This document shows, piece by piece, positions 1-13,149 of a stretch of 64,000 nucleotides of DNA (position 1 is the stretch's first letter; each line of letters starts with the position of its first letter). Below the pieces are notes generated by a model. The model did no database searches, was not told the origin of the DNA, and saw only the letters and a list, made by a program, of their open reading frames with translations. The translations under genes and the position numbers were made by a program. Source of the stretch: Felis catus. Its lineage: Eukaryota. The DNA is taken from contig NC_058382.1 of the NCBI RefSeq assembly GCF_018350175.1, positions 57,042,001 through 57,106,000 of the forward strand. Reading direction: 5' to 3'.

Positions 1-563
1 CACCAGCCGAGACCAGACAAACGGTCCACGTCTCTTGCTTTATGTCCTTGAATCAAAAAGGCACGGGGCCCCCAGCCCGTGAGGGCTGGTCGGCTGTGTC
101 ACCCCATCCGACACAGGCACTGCTGGACGGGAGAGGGAAGCTTGGGTATCAGCCGGGGCCGGGTGAGCGGGAGACACATCCTGGCCGTCGTCAAGCTTTA
201 TACTTCCCGCTGGTGGGAGCCCGGGAGGTCCTTGGGGGGCCGAGTGTAGCTTCCCGTGGTGCTGGTCTGTTTATGAGCCACATACCGCACCCCCCATCTG
301 GACATGGTGCAACGGGACCCCCCCAGACGTGACTGTGTCCAGGCATCGTTACATCCGTGACGTCCACACACACGCAAACCATGCTTTCCACAGGTGCCTT
401 CTTCCGTTTTGTCACTGCCACGGGCCACTCGTGACCACAGAGCCCGGGTCATACTTTGTTTGAACCCAGGTATGGGTGCCAGTCCTGGCGTCATCCTTTC
501 TGAGCTGTGCGGCCGTTCCTGAATTTACACTAAGTGCATGCATCCGTTGTAATTTCTAAAACA

Positions 564-732
564 GGGCGCCTGGCTGGCTCTGTCGGTGAAGCGTGCGGCT
601 TTGGCTCAGGTCGTGATCTCGAGGTCTGTGAGTTCAAGCCCCGCGTCGGGCTCTGTGCTGACAGCTCGGAGCCTGGAGCCTGCTTCGGTTTCTGTATCTC
701 CCTCTCTCTCTCTCTGCCCCTCCCCCACTCAT

Positions 733-787
<55 letters not shown>

Positions 788-810
788 AATCAATAAACTT
801 TAAAAATGTT
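564..810 (+). mobile_element. Feline CAN-SINE (SINEC_Fc type), full length
   Basis: GGGCGCCTGG head, tRNA-derived body, (CT)n tract, AATAAA and A-rich tail; TSD TAATTTCTAAAACA at 550-563 and 811-824. Confidence 0.93.
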
Positions 811-3019
811 TAATTTCTAAAACAGATGTAAAGGAGTAAAATCTTTTATTTGGGAATTTTTCTTACTGGCGTTCCAAATGAGAATTTTTGTGTGTATTAA
901 AAGCCTCTGTGGCCGCAGGGGGAAAACGTTTGGAAACGTTGGACGAGACGATTCACGGGCTCTCTCGAGTGGCAGTGACAAGCCCAGACTCCGGGCGGCC
1001 TCCTCCGTCTGCCCCGTCCACCCTCTCTGCTGCCCGTGGGCTGGCTCCTTCTGGATCCTGCTGGCCCCAATGCCTCCTTTTCACACGAGCTGTGGTCTTG
1101 CTTCTCTGTTTGCAGCTCCTTCCAGAAAGCTCCAGAAAACAGAACACCTGCTCCATCCGGGGCCCAGAGGGCCACCTGTTAGAGATACCCAGGATGCCCG
1201 CACGGGCTGGTGTCCTGGGTCTGCTCCCACACTGCACATGGGGAGACCGAGTCTTCCGGAGGTTCAGACCCTGGCTCCAAGCCACGAGGAGCAGGTGCAC
1301 AGGTCATGATGCTGGGCTGACCACGGCGGTGCCTGCCCCCCCGGACCCGGGCTCTGAAGCCTGCAGCTGCCGGGCCTCTCGCCTGGGGCTCACCTTGGCA
1401 AGATGTGCCCATTCTCATGGTGCCCCCACGGAGGCTGCGGACACTCTGGTGGAGTTGCTACAGAGAGAGGAGCTGGGCCGGGCCAGGTCCTGGGAGGTCC
1501 CAGGTCCCTGGGAGAGCACCCCTCTGAGGCTTCCCCCGACTCACCCCCAGCCCAGGGCAGGACTTTGTGATGCAACAAACAGGCCAGCCTGGCCTCTTGT
1601 CCCTCACTCTCCTGTGGCTCCATCCAAGCCAGGGTTGGGGCGGGGGGAGCCCGGAGGAAAACCATCTCCCCTGTACCCGCTCCTCCCCGACAGCACTGGT
1701 CACCTGTCACCCTGCAGCACCCAGCCTGTTTGCCACCAAGTAAGGAGGGGGCCAGCGGCGGGGACAGGCAGGGACTTCTCCAGGGCTGCCGTGGGGTCTG
1801 GGTGGAGCCTGGCCCGGCCAGAGAGGAGGAGCGGGCTCCAGACGGGGGGTAGCTAGGACCCCTTGACCTCCAGTCCTGGAGAAAGTATGTGGGCTGTGGG
1901 GTCAGCCTGGGCGAGCCCCAGCACCTGCTTTCGTGTGGTCTCGGGAATGCGCTGCGACTCCCACGCCTCGGTTTCCCCGGCAGTAAAATGGGCTCACTCG
2001 GCTCCGTCCCACACGGAGCCGCGGGGGGGTGTGTGGAGCTCCTCCGTGGGAGGCCCCGGCACATCCCTGCGCGTCCGTGCACAAGACGCTCGAAACGGGG
2101 CATCGACCTCTGCGGTCCGGCCCCGTCACGGCTGGGTACCGGGGCTCTCCTCGGGGCGCCGACCCCTCCTGGCTCCCAGTACCACGCCCTCAACGAGAGG
2201 CCCTCAGCAGCCCCCCTCCACCTGCCATGCCGGGGCCAGGGAGAGAAGGCCACGGGGGTAGGTCACCCCTTGCCGCCCACAAGCATCAGCTTTGAAAACG
2301 CGGAGCCCCAGCTCCCCTCACCGAGACCCAGACTGGAGTCCCACGCTGGGCTGTGCGGCATCCAGGCCTCAGTTAGCCCCCGTCTGTGCTGGTCGCTCCA
2401 GCCCTGCTCTACCCCAGCTCTTGGCCTCCGCTCCCGAGCCCCGGGCCCCCAGCCGCTGCTCCCCCGTCTGTAAAATCCTGATTGCAACTCCCCGGTGAGG
2501 AAGCCGGGGAACCTTGTGATGTGATACAGGTGAAGTGCGGAGTGGGGTGAGTGGTCTATAAGCGGTGCCCCCCTTCCCATCCCAGGCCTTGGGTGTTCTC
2601 CCACCCACCCTTCTGGGGAGCAGCGTGCCTCCGTGTTCACACACGCTGGGGTCCCTCGCCCGTGGCTGGGAGAATGTGGCTCCTATGAGATCTGTGTTCC
2701 CATTTTAGACAGCCTCCAAGGCTGACGGCAGAGCTCTGGGGGCTTCGCGGCTGCGGCCATGGGCCATACTACACGTGCTGCCTTGGTCCCTGGCCTCTGG
2801 CAACTCCATCTGGGGTGGACGGGAAGCTGAGCATGTGCTCCCAGAGGGCCCAGGCGCTGACTGCCACCACCCCCAGAGCCACTTTCCCTGCCTGCCCCCC
2901 ACCCCGCGCTCTGGACTGGGAGCAGGTGTATAGCCGGCGGGGAACCTGACGCTTGGGAGGAGAAAGGTGGTCCTGGACCCAGTCGTCTTTCGGTCTGATG
3001 TTAATGCTCCCGTGGTCCC

Positions 3020-3385
3020 TGCTGTGCGACGTCCACAGCCGTGGTGGCACAGAGCCACAAGCAGGGGGCTTATAGCGACAAACCTGTCCTCCCCCCGTTC
3101 CGGAGGTGTGAGCAGGACCAAGCTCTCCAGAGGGTCTGGGGGAGGATCCTCCTGCCGGTCCCAGCCCTGGGGGCTCCAGGCTTCCCCGTATCTGTCAAAT
3201 CCGTGTGTCTCTCATAGGGACCCTTGGCGTTGGGTTTAGGGCCCGTGCTAAATCGGTCGTGATCTAAACCCAAGATCCTTCATTGGTTATATCTCCAGAG
3301 ATCCTTTTCCCAAATACGGCCACACGCCCAGGTTCCTGGGGTTAGGATGTGAGTGTATCTTTTGGGGAGCCACCCTTCAGCCCCC
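3020..3385 (-). mobile_element. MLT1-family (MaLR) LTR remnant
   Basis: Recognisable MLT1C/D segments (ggaggatcctcc; gggtttagggccc; cccaaatacggccacac; ggggttagga...tcttttgggga...ttcagccc); recalled consensus, boundaries approximate. Confidence 0.7.
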
Positions 3386-4389
3386 TGCTCCCGTCTCCGT
3401 CTGACCACCACCTCGGAGAAGCCGCAGGGCCTTGTATCGTCACTGCTCACGTGGATAAGCTTGCCCTCTCGACCTCAGGCCGGGTGCTCCCCGAGCACTT
3501 GCCAGTAGATGGGGGAGGAAGGATGGCACAGAGACACCCAGGTGTCTGCCGCAGAAAGTCCAGTCCCGCGGAGCGCACCCAGGCCGACCCCTCGGTCACA
3601 GCTGAGAAACCCCAGGCCCAGGCTTTGCTTTCACGCTGCCTGCTCTCGGACATCGCCCTTCCTGCCGACACTACCAAGGACGCGCTCTGACGTCACAGCA
3701 GCTTCTAGTCTGGCCCCTTCAAGCCTCCTCCGTCCCGAAATCCCCACAGGGGCCTGTCCCTGCCCTGCGAGCCCCCTGCCTCTCCCCTCCCCCCGCCCCC
3801 AGACTCCCCTATCTGCTCAGTGCGACCCGAGCCCCTCCGGGTTCTGCCTGCACGGCCCGCCCCTGCAGGCAGTCTCCCTCTCGCCCAGCTTCCTCCGGGT
3901 GATGCCTTCGGCCTCGCCTTCTTCGCTGCCAGAAAGACCCTGCCCGCTCAGGATTCGAGGTCCCTGTGCCCACCCTCCTCCTGCGTCCTCTGCTTTAGTT
4001 TGCCTTTGCTGGCTCGCCGTCCCCTCTAATCTCCGAGCCTGGCCGGGAACCGGCAGCATGATCACGTTGCCCGTGCTCTTGGCCCTGGCCCACACACAGC
4101 ACCAGCCTCACGCTGGCTGAATGAATGGAATGTGCCCTACCCCAGCTCTGTGACCAGAAAGCAGCCCGCTCCAGCCTCCTGGCTCCAATGCTAATGTCCT
4201 CCTTGGCCCCCACCGGGAAGGGGCGGTAGGGGGGAGCTCTCCGGGAGCCAGGGGCTTGAAAGCGCCTGGTAGGACCTGACCCCTCTGATGCCGTGTGTCC
4301 AGGGACAGAAAGGTCAGCCCCAGAGGAAGGAGCCCAGGGAAGTGCCATCCTGGTGGTCTCTTGCTTAAGGAGCGCCCAGGGGCCCAGTT

Positions 4390-5110
4390 TATGTCACGAT
4401 GCTTACTGAGCCCCTGCTGTGTGCCAGGCCCTGGACTAGGCTCGAGATCCGCCAGGAACGGGACAAAACACCCGCCCTCTGGGAGCTTGCATCCCGGGGT
4501 GGGGATCCAGACAAACAAACGAACAAGTAGGTCAGCGTGTGGGACATATAGTGGCAGGGCGGGTGGGGAGGGCCAGGTGGAACCAGCTGGATCAGGAGGG
4601 TGGGAGTTTCTCTCTTACACGGGCCGTTCTGGTCTCACTGAGAAGACACTTGAGCAGAGACCTGAATGAACTGAGGGAGCGAGTCACATGGACGTCTGAG
4701 GGAAGGGCATCCTAGGCCCAGGGAATAGCAAATGCGGAGACCCTGCGGAGGGAGTGTGCCAGAGGCAGCAAGGAGCCGGGAAGGGCAGAGAGGCGGGCGG
4801 GCGGGTCAGACAGGACTGGTGCGGAGCCCTGGTGGGAGGAAGTCACCCGAGGCTGGGGACAGCGTCTGGCTGTGTGCGGAGCGGTTATCACAGCAGCTGT
4901 GTGGACGATGGGCCGTGGTCAGAGCAGGACCGGTGTAAGGTGCCCCGTTCAGCGGGCAGGCTGTGCGGCAGCCCAGGGCGGAGACGTGGTGGCCACGGGG
5001 GAGCCGCGAGGCGGCCACACTCCAGATGTGTCTGCAGGGAGCGTTGATGGGGTTTGCCGATAGCTTGGGTGTGAACGAAAGAGGAGTCCGGGTTGACTCG
5101 GTGCAGCCAG
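4390..5110 (-). mobile_element. L2 LINE 3' remnant
   Basis: ttactgagcccctgctgtgtgccaggccctggactagg...gagcagagacctgaatga...gggaatagcaaatgc, typical of antisense L2. Confidence 0.6.
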
Positions 5111-5565
5111 AGGGGAGGGAGGGCGATTCCGGGGAGAGGTCCGGCCTCAGAGCCTCCCTGCCCCACCAGGCTGCACCCTCCCTCTGCCAGTCACCGCCTG
5201 CCCCTCGCGGTCCCTGCCAGAGCCCGAGGACCACGCAGGGGGACGCTCCAGCTCCTTCCCACTGAGGCAGGAGGCGGGAGGCCTGCCGGGGCACGCACAG
5301 CCTGCCACGGTGGGCAGGCCCGCCAGATCCTCTTTCCAGGGATGTGGTCACAGCGGTAGAGACACAGAAGCTCCCAATTAGGGGCCTGGACAGGATCCAG
5401 AAGCCCTGGGCCTCTGCCAGGGGCAGACTCTTCCAGATCGGGGTGTATGTGCAGGGAGAGGTGGGAGGAAGCAGTCGGAATGGGGAAGACACAGAACCCC
5501 GAGCCGGTTGACCTGGTTTCTGGGCCCGGCTCTGTCTCCTGGGCTCCTCCATTAAGTAGGAGGAG

Positions 5566-5607
5566 GGGGAGGAGGGGGAGTGGGGCGGGGAGGAGGGGGA
5601 GTGGGGC
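5566..5607 (+). repeat. Perfect 21-nt tandem duplication, G-quadruplex-prone
   Basis: GGGGAGGAGGGGGAGTGGGGC x2, read directly. Confidence 0.85.
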
Positions 5608-7659
5608 GGCGAGGATTTCTGCAGAGCTTACCACAAGCCAGGCTCCGTTCTCCGTATTTGGTGCCGTTCCGGGTCCTGTGCGGTCCTCGCTATTGTTAAA
5701 CCCACTTTGCCCGTGAGGAAACTGAGGCCCAGAGCCCTTAAGCCACTCGCCCCCGGTCACGCCGTTGGGAGGCAGCCCCTGAGGCGCGTTCCTCACCACA
5801 CTGGACCGTGTGGCCAGCCTCTGCCCGCCTGTCCAACATCCCCCGGGCCCCGCCCCCAGGGTCCAGTACCCCTGGTCCGGGGGCTGGCCTCACACACACA
5901 CCAAACCGGCCAGCCCCAGGGCCTTTGCCCGTGCTGTTCTCTACCTACGGCGCTTTCCTCGTGGCTGGCTCTCTGCCCTTCTGGTCGCAGGGGAAATGTC
6001 ACTTCTTCAGACACATTTCCTAACCACTCACCTCCCCCCGCCAAACCCAGATCTCATCTTGCTCCTGATACCCCATCCGTTCAGCCAAGCCATCCCGGGC
6101 AGGGAATACAACAGTGAGCACAGAGAGCAAGGCCGTCCGTGTGCCCTCACCCGGGGGACAGAGCCCCGCCACCAGCCTCCGCCCGCAGGGTCGTCCTGAC
6201 CCCTCACCTCTCTCCCACCTCTCAAGTACGCATGAACTCCTTGAGCTGTGCCTCAGGTTAGCCAGTCCCCCCACATGACCCTGGGGACTCACTGGTCAGG
6301 TTGAGAGAATCGGCCCCTGCCGCCCTCTCAGCCTCTCCCCCCGCAACATCTGCATCCGTCTCGGGGATCTCTCCTGGAGCAGGTGCCTCGCAGGGCGGTA
6401 GAGACCAGAGTGGCTTCGAGGACAAGCCCTAACTCGAAAGAGCTAAGGGCAGATGTGGGGCCCTGCGCCTGTGTCCACGGCCCCATGGAGCACCTGTCAC
6501 CTCTGTGTCTGTGACAGGAACTCTCCAGAAGGAGCAGGACAAGGGTGAGCCCCCTAAGACCCAATCTTGAACCTTCTCGCCATACGGATTCCTCTCTTCC
6601 GGACATTTTCCCGTTGTCAGCTGCTTCTGGTAAGATGTGGGGCTCAGAACCAAATACCGTTGATCACGGCCCAATCAGGCAGGACCGTGCCCCTCCCCAG
6701 TTTCTATGGACGATGCCCCTGTTGATGTGACCCCAGATCGCAGCACAGAAGAACCATCCTCTTGCTCCTCCCACCGACCCCAGCTCTGGAACACTCGTTT
6801 TCTCAACTCCGGCTGCACATGGGGAGCACCGGGGGCCAGTTTTTAAGCTCCCAGTGCCCGGGCCACACCCCCTTATCAATCAACTCAGTCGGCATCTCTG
6901 GAGACGGCCTCGGTGATTGCAGTGGGTGACCAGGCTGGGGGATGGAGGTGCTGGTGCCCCGGGCCGTGTACTTGACTCACTGAATCCCTGGTGTCCAGAC
7001 CTTTAGGTAGTTACTCAGGCAGACGTCTAACCCGTGGTTCCCGAAGAGCTCTCCAGGGAACACCAGTTGTGCAAAATGGTCCACCAAGAAAGGGTGTGTG
7101 GTCAGTGAGCGTGAGAAATGCTGCTGTTCTAAAGCCACCCCTTACGTAGGTCATCGGATGAGTCACAGGGGAAGGCAAACCCCACCCTGAAATCAGGCTT
7201 CCTGTAGACGGGGCGTACAAGCCCTCGGTGTGGCTGGGCACGCCCCCCCACACCCCCAGTTCCCTGCGCTCTCTTTCTCGGGTGGGCACTGAGCTGAGCA
7301 GAGTGGGGATGAGGGGGGTGGGCACAAAAGCCTGGGACCAGGGAGCCGTCCCCACCGCAGGGTCCTTCCTGGGGCCACGGGTTCCCTGCCCCCACGGAGT
7401 CACGCGGAGGTCCTGGAGGGGCGCCTCTGCCCTGGCCAGCTTGAGGTCTGGGGTCCCAGGCGGTGAGGGGGCGTCCGTGAAACTCCGCAAGCCTTTCTTT
7501 GCTTCTGTTCAAGTTGGGTCTGTGTATTGACCAGGCATAGTGCGTGGGAACAGTGCGATTCTCAGAAAGTGCAAACAGTCCACAGGTCCCCACCTGGGGG
7601 AGAGCCACTGCGTGGGCCTCCTGTGTCCTTCCCCTGCCCCCACTCTTCTCCCTCCCGCC

Positions 7660-7880
7660 TCCACTCGTTCCATAAAAAGCGGCTGCAAAATACTCCATTG
7701 TAAGAATGTGCCAGAACCTATTTAACGAGTCTCTTAATGATCGGCACTTGGGCTGCATCCCGTTTTCAGCCCTTCTCAACAAAGCTGTAATGCATGACTT
7801 CGGACACACATCATTTCGGATGGGTACAAGTCTGCCCCTAAGACAAATACCTCACAAGGGATCGGCGGGTCCACGGCCAC
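7660..7880 (-). mobile_element. Old L1M 3' fragment
   Basis: ggctgcaaaatactccattgt...cacttgggctg...aaagctgtaatg resembles antisense L1M 3' region. Confidence 0.5.
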
Positions 7881-8355
7881 GTGCATGGTTGTCGTGACAG
7901 ACGTGGCCACCTTGCCTCCCAAGGGCGTGTTCCAGCTGCTACACCCACCCGCGGTGCCTGGGGGATACGGCCACTTTTATAGAGTGCCCTTCTGTCCGAG
8001 GAGAGCCCGCCGTGCACCCGGGGGTTTCTGGTTTCTGGGCTCGGGATCGTTTCTTCCGGTGACCTTTTATGCAGAAAGTTGATAAGAAAAAGAGAGGGAG
8101 GTAGGCTGGGGTTCGAGCAGGGGTGGGCACCTGCTCTGTTGTCTCCCACCCCCAGGACGCCCTTTAGGGGAGGCAGGAAGGGAGTAAGAGGCATCAGGGC
8201 GCCGTGGGGATATGGCAAAGCAGGAAGCCAGTTCTGTCCCCGGGGGTGAAGGGTCAAGGGGAAAGAGTGTCCCTGGACCTGAATGAGGCCGGACCGGGGA
8301 GGGGCATGAGAGGGCTGAAGTGGGGCCGCAGAGGCTTCTCTAGCCTGTCACCCGG

Positions 8356-8740
8356 CCAGTGGTGCCCAGACCGGCTCATAGCCACTTGCAAGAGCTGATT
8401 GGCCGATTGTTCAATATCCCGGGAATTTCGTGAGCCAGTTGGTAAACACGCCCATTGTTAAAAAGTAAATTCTATAAACTTACAATTAATGAATCTTCTT
8501 CAAAACTAAGAAAACCCATCCTCAGAACTCCTCGCTTCTTGATGACTTGGCTGTAGTTTGCTGCCGGCTGTGGCCACGAGGTCGTCTATGCCCGCAGATC
8601 TGTGCGGTGACACGCTCCCTCGGGCCTCTTCCCGACTCCGTGCGCGGGTGCAGGGTGGGCACGTCGCTAGCTTGAAATTGACTCCGATGGGAGCATTTAC
8701 ACCACGGAAAGTGGCCAACACTGCAGATTAGGGCTCCCCA
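8356..8740 (+). mobile_element. MER63-like hAT DNA transposon remnant
   Basis: ccagtggtg start; gagccagttggtaaacac; taaattctataaacttacaatt; tagcttgaaattg...gggagcatttacaccacggaaa match recalled MER63 consensus. Confidence 0.7.
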
Positions 8741-9320
8741 CAGTCCCCCCCGTCCCCAGGCTGGCGGCTGAGCCCCCCCCTCCTCCCCTGCCCCCAGATT
8801 GGCGGCTGAGCCCATGCCAAGCACTTCACCGTGCCGGCTGCTCTGCCCTCTGCCCTCCTGCCCCTGACTTCCGCTGATGGAACCCAGCCGGAAACCAGCT
8901 GGTCAGGGCACCAGGCTCCCGGGGCTCAGACTGAGACGGAGCAGGTAGGGAACCGATGGACCACAGTTGGCGTGCCAGGCCTCTGCTGTCAGGGTGACAG
9001 AAGACACTTAGTGACCCCCGTCCCCTTCCGTGTGGGGTGGGCATCTGTGCGGGGTCTCAAGCCTCCTCAGCGCTGACCCGGGCAGCCAGCTGGGAACTGG
9101 CCCTTCCATTGGGGAGGCTCCGGCCAGTGCTCAGATTACGTATCAGAGGACGTCAGACCCGAGTAGCAAAACCCTTTCATATTCCTTAGGATAACGATAG
9201 CATCTTCTTACTCTAAGAAAGTGATGTTCCTATTCTGCCTGATGTGTCGCCACGGTCCCTGGAGGGCTTGCGGGAACACAGACTGCCCGGCCCCCCGCCC
9301 GATGTTCTGATCCACCGGAG

Positions 9321-10160
9321 GTGGCGTTGCGATATCATAAGAAATACGTAATTTGGTCTTTACCCCAGGCTCCTGGCCAGAGCGCCTCAAACCTTTGTGG
9401 TTTTCTGACTGATAAACGTGCTCGGAGCATTCTTGATTCTAATAGTCGATCTTTAACCCCAGTTCCGACGCAGACGCTCCGGTGAGATCTTTCCTGGGTG
9501 ATGGGGACGTCCTTTGCTCCAATGAGGTGACCCTGGGTGGCTCCAGGACAGCTTCAGGATGGGGCTGGTTGCCGAAAAGACCACGATTCGGCCCCACCCC
9601 TCATCCTTCTGGTAAGGGAGAGGGGCTGGAGGCTGGGTTCTTGGTCCATCCTGCCTGTGTGACCAAGCGTCCATAAAAGCCCTTCACGTATGCGTTGTGA
9701 ACACGTCCTTGGGCCAGGAAGGACACACCCAGCTCCACAGGGACAGAAGCTCCTGTGCTCGGGACCCTCCCAGACGTCACCCTGTGCATCTCTCAATCTG
9801 GCCGTCCACCGCCTTTGTAATAAATCAGTGATCGTAAGGCAACGGTCTTCCTGGGTTCTGTGAGCCGCTCTAGCAGTTAGTGAACCTGGGGAGGGGGTCG
9901 TGGGAACCTCCGATCGGAGCCAAGTCAGACAGAGCGTGGGGGACCGGGGACCCACCCCTCGCGATTGGTGTGTGCCCTCAGGGCATCTGTGGGACTGAGC
10001 CTGTAACCTGTGGGGTCTGTGCGGGCTCCAGCTAGCATCGGAACGAATTGAACTGTGGGACACCCGTCTGGTGTGTGAGAACCGATCGGTGTGGGAAACA
10101 CCCACACGACTGATGTCAGAAGTACCGGGGGGTTGAAAGTAAAGGAAAGAAAACAGTTAT
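9321..10160 (+). mobile_element. MER21-family solo LTR
   Basis: gatatcataagaaatacgtaatttggtc start; ctccacagggacagaagctcctgtgctcgggaccctcccagac; ttctgtgagccgctctagca; ggactgagcctgtaacctgtggg; AATAAA near 9819. Confidence 0.75.
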
Positions 10161-10163
10161 TCT

Positions 10164-10296
10164 GGGGGTGCTGGGGGCGCTCAGTCGGTTGAGTGTCTGG
10201 CTCTTGATTTCAGCTCAGGTCATGAGTTCGCAGTTTGTGGGATCGAGCCCCACGTCCGGCTCTGTGCTGACAGCCAGGAGCCTGCTTAGGATTCTT

Positions 10297-10327
<31 letters not shown>

Positions 10328-10376
10328 GTCCCTCCCCTGCCAGGATAAATAAACAAACATTTAGGAAAAACAAAAC
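10164..10376 (+). mobile_element. CAN-SINE
   Basis: GGGGGTGCTGGG head, ctcagtcggtt, (CT)n, aataaa tail. Confidence 0.9.
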
Positions 10377-10859
10377 AACACAGTTTTCCTAGACAGTGAG
10401 TCTGGTGCGGGGCCTGAGAGCATCCTGAGCTCCTGGGCACTGATCCTGAGAACGCACCGACCGGGGTGGGCTGATCCATAAGGCTGCTCCCCCACAAATA
10501 AAAGGGTCTCGCTGTTTTATCACACCAAGCCAGGCGTGTGGCCTGGTGGACCAAGGGGACACCCGTGGGTCAGGGTTTACATTGTCTGCAGAGAGGGGAG
10601 CCCCCCCCCCGAGGCCCAGGAAACCGGAAGGTCGGCACAGAGTCCTCAGGACCCCTCCAGGGGTGAGGCCAGGGCATTGCCCTGGAGGAAGAAGCCTTGC
10701 TGGCAAAGTCCACCCGGGCTGAGGACAGAAGCGACAAGTGGAAAGACAGATGTCGGCGGAGAGAGGAAAACAATGACACGGGGACAAAGACGCTGGCCAT
10801 TGAGGCCAAGGGATTCGGGCTCCTGGGATCTGCCTCTCCAAGGCGACGTCTGGAACAAG

Positions 10860-11070
10860 CAAAGGAAGGCAGAGACGAGAGAGAACATTCTGTGTGATAC
10901 CTTTCAGAGCAAGTTCAAGGACAGGCAGCCGTAATCTTTGGGGACAGAACTCAGACGGAGAGCGGGGCGTGTTCCCCGTCTTGACCTGGGCGGCGGTCAC
11001 ACGGGCATACACGTGTGCAAACATTCATTGAGGTGCACACTTAAGCCGTGTGTGCTTTGCCCAAAGGGGA
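10860..11070 (+). mobile_element. L1M 3' UTR fragment
   Basis: tcttgacctgggcggcggtcacacgggcatacacgtgtgcaaacattcattgaggtgcacactta resembles L1MB/MC 3' end. Confidence 0.6.
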
Positions 11071-11649
11071 TTACACCTGAGTGTGTCCACCCAGACTCGG
11101 CCTCACCGACTCATCTGTTGCACGGTTCCCGAGGCCTCCTGTGTGTGAGCTTGGAGAAAAAGTCACCGTCCGTGGCCCGGCCACACGGCATCCCCACCCC
11201 ACGGCAAGCTCAGGGTCCTCAGGAGAGCCTGAGCACAAGTGGCCTCCGGGAACCAGGGGAATGTGGGCCAAAGACGCTGGTCAGGGCCTGGGGGACGTCA
11301 GTGGGTCGCCAAGATGCTCCAGTGAGATGTGACAGCACGGGGAGGCTGTCCCCAGGAGGGCACTGGAGGGACATGTGCTCCGGGAAGAAAGGACAGTTCG
11401 TCCAGGAGGATAGAAGTGACGTGTGTTCAGGGAACCGTGAGCCTTCGGTCTGGCAGCAACGTGAGGGTCAAGGTGGGAGAAGGCCAGAATCTCGGCTGGG
11501 GAGATGGGAGGGCCCCCCGGGGGTGCCAGGCTTTTCCCCTAAGGGCAGAGGCTGGTCTCCAAGGGGTGTTGGGGCCGGTGGGGGCCAGCCGGGGCGCAGC
11601 TGCAGAGAGAAAGCCGTGTGCACACTCGCCCTGCCCTCCCTGTGACCCA

Positions 11650-11945
11650 GTGGTTCCGCTTTGCTCCAGATAAACGAAAGCAGATGTCCGCACAAAGGCT
11701 CGCATGGGAACGGTCACAGCAAAAAGCTGGAAATAGCCAAATGCCCAGGAAATGGATAAACCAGCTGTGGTGTATGCACACAGTGGAACTCTGCCCGGCA
11801 ATAAAAAAGCGGGAGCCACTGACCCACACATCCGTGCGAGTGAATCCCAGGGCCACGAAGTTGAGCGAAAGATCCAGACACGAGAGACAACATTCCGTGA
11901 GATTCCATTGGTGTCCAGATCCAGAGTAGGCAACACGAGTGCATG
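11650..11945 (+). mobile_element. L1M ORF2-end/3' UTR fragment
   Basis: aaagctggaaatagccaaatgccc...aatggataaacc...tgtggtgtatgcacacagtggaact...gcaataaaaaag, the classic L1 3' motif series. Confidence 0.65.
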
Positions 11946-12229
11946 GGGACAAAAGTCAGAAAAGGGGTTGATGGAGAGGACCACACCCACATGCCCTGTG
12001 ACCTTTCTCCCCATGGCAAGCCCCACCCACCGACACTTTGACCTTTCTTATCTGCCCCTCACACCCCACAACACACGCGCACACACACACACACACAGCG
12101 TCCTGGAATCCGGCTGGTCCCAGATGGAGCTTCTTCCTGGGAACAGGAAGTGGCCAAAGCCTTGATTCTTTCCTGGGACAGCTGCCACAGCACCTGACCC
12201 ATGCTTGCCCTCATCCTCCCCACCACCTT

Positions 12230-12660
12230 TTCACACTGCAGGCCTGATCCTGTCACCCTCCTCCGGGGTCTCCCCTTTGCTCTTGGGGAAAAGACCAAAA
12301 TCCCTCCATGGCCACCAAGCCTGCACGATCCGGCTCCTGTGAGCCTCCCCCACCCCCACCCCCTCGCACTCAGACACACCACCCTTTCAGTTTCTCAAAA
12401 CTCTCCTTCCAACCTCAGGGCCTTTGCACCTGCTCTTGGCCTCACCTGCAAGACTTTTGTCCCTAGTCAGTTCTTATACCCCCGCCCGCTTCCCAGCCCA
12501 CTTGTCTGTCTTGGGCAGCTTTTCCTCACGCTGCCCAACAGGTCAGTCTGTGAGAGCACGCCTATGGACTTAACCTCCCCACCGGGTCATCATCTCCTTG
12601 AGGGAAGGTCTGTGTCTTTCTCCCCCATCGTATGCCTGCTTCTCAGCACAGCGCCCAGCA
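12230..12660 (+). mobile_element. L2 LINE 3' remnant
   Basis: cctcagggcctttgcacctgct...ctccttgagggaagg...agcacagcgcccagca. Confidence 0.5.
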
Positions 12661-13149
12661 AGAAATTCCTGCTGAGTCCCTGAAGGGCAGGGGGGCTCTG
12701 AGCTCCCTCCCTAGAGGTCACAGACCTTTCCAGGGGTCTTGGCTGAATTCCAAGGCACGTTCCTGCTGTGTGACCCCGGAGGAACCGCTTCCCCTCGCTG
12801 ACCCGAGCTGCTCCACCTGGGAGATGGGGTGCCGGGCTCCTGGGACAGCTGCCTCTGAGCACAGACATCCTCGTGCCCGGGACTCTGTCCCGGAGCACTC
12901 AGGCGAAGGAAACGTCTAGGCCCTCGGTGAGCCACAGAGGTCTCAGAGCCAGGAGGCCACAGGAGCAGAGGAAAGTCTCGACTCGGGCGTGCAGTCCTCG
13001 ACCGCCAGAGAGAGGTGCACAAGCCCATCCTTGCACGGACTCGTGAGGGGAGTCGAGCCAGGCCCAGCCTGATGACATTTAGTCTCCATGCCGTGGATTC
13101 CACCGTTGAGGCCAGCATCGCCTCGAGTGCAGGAACTGTCCCAAGGTGA

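Noticed and set aside
530..813. ERERER/SLSLSL ORFs here and at other SINEs
   Set aside because: Translations of CAN-SINE (CT)n tracts
888..2473. Long ORFs (322, 287 and 194 aa) at the window start
   Set aside because: Pro/Gly/Arg/Ala-rich GC artefacts with no domain or exon structure; no MLYCD coding sequence recognised
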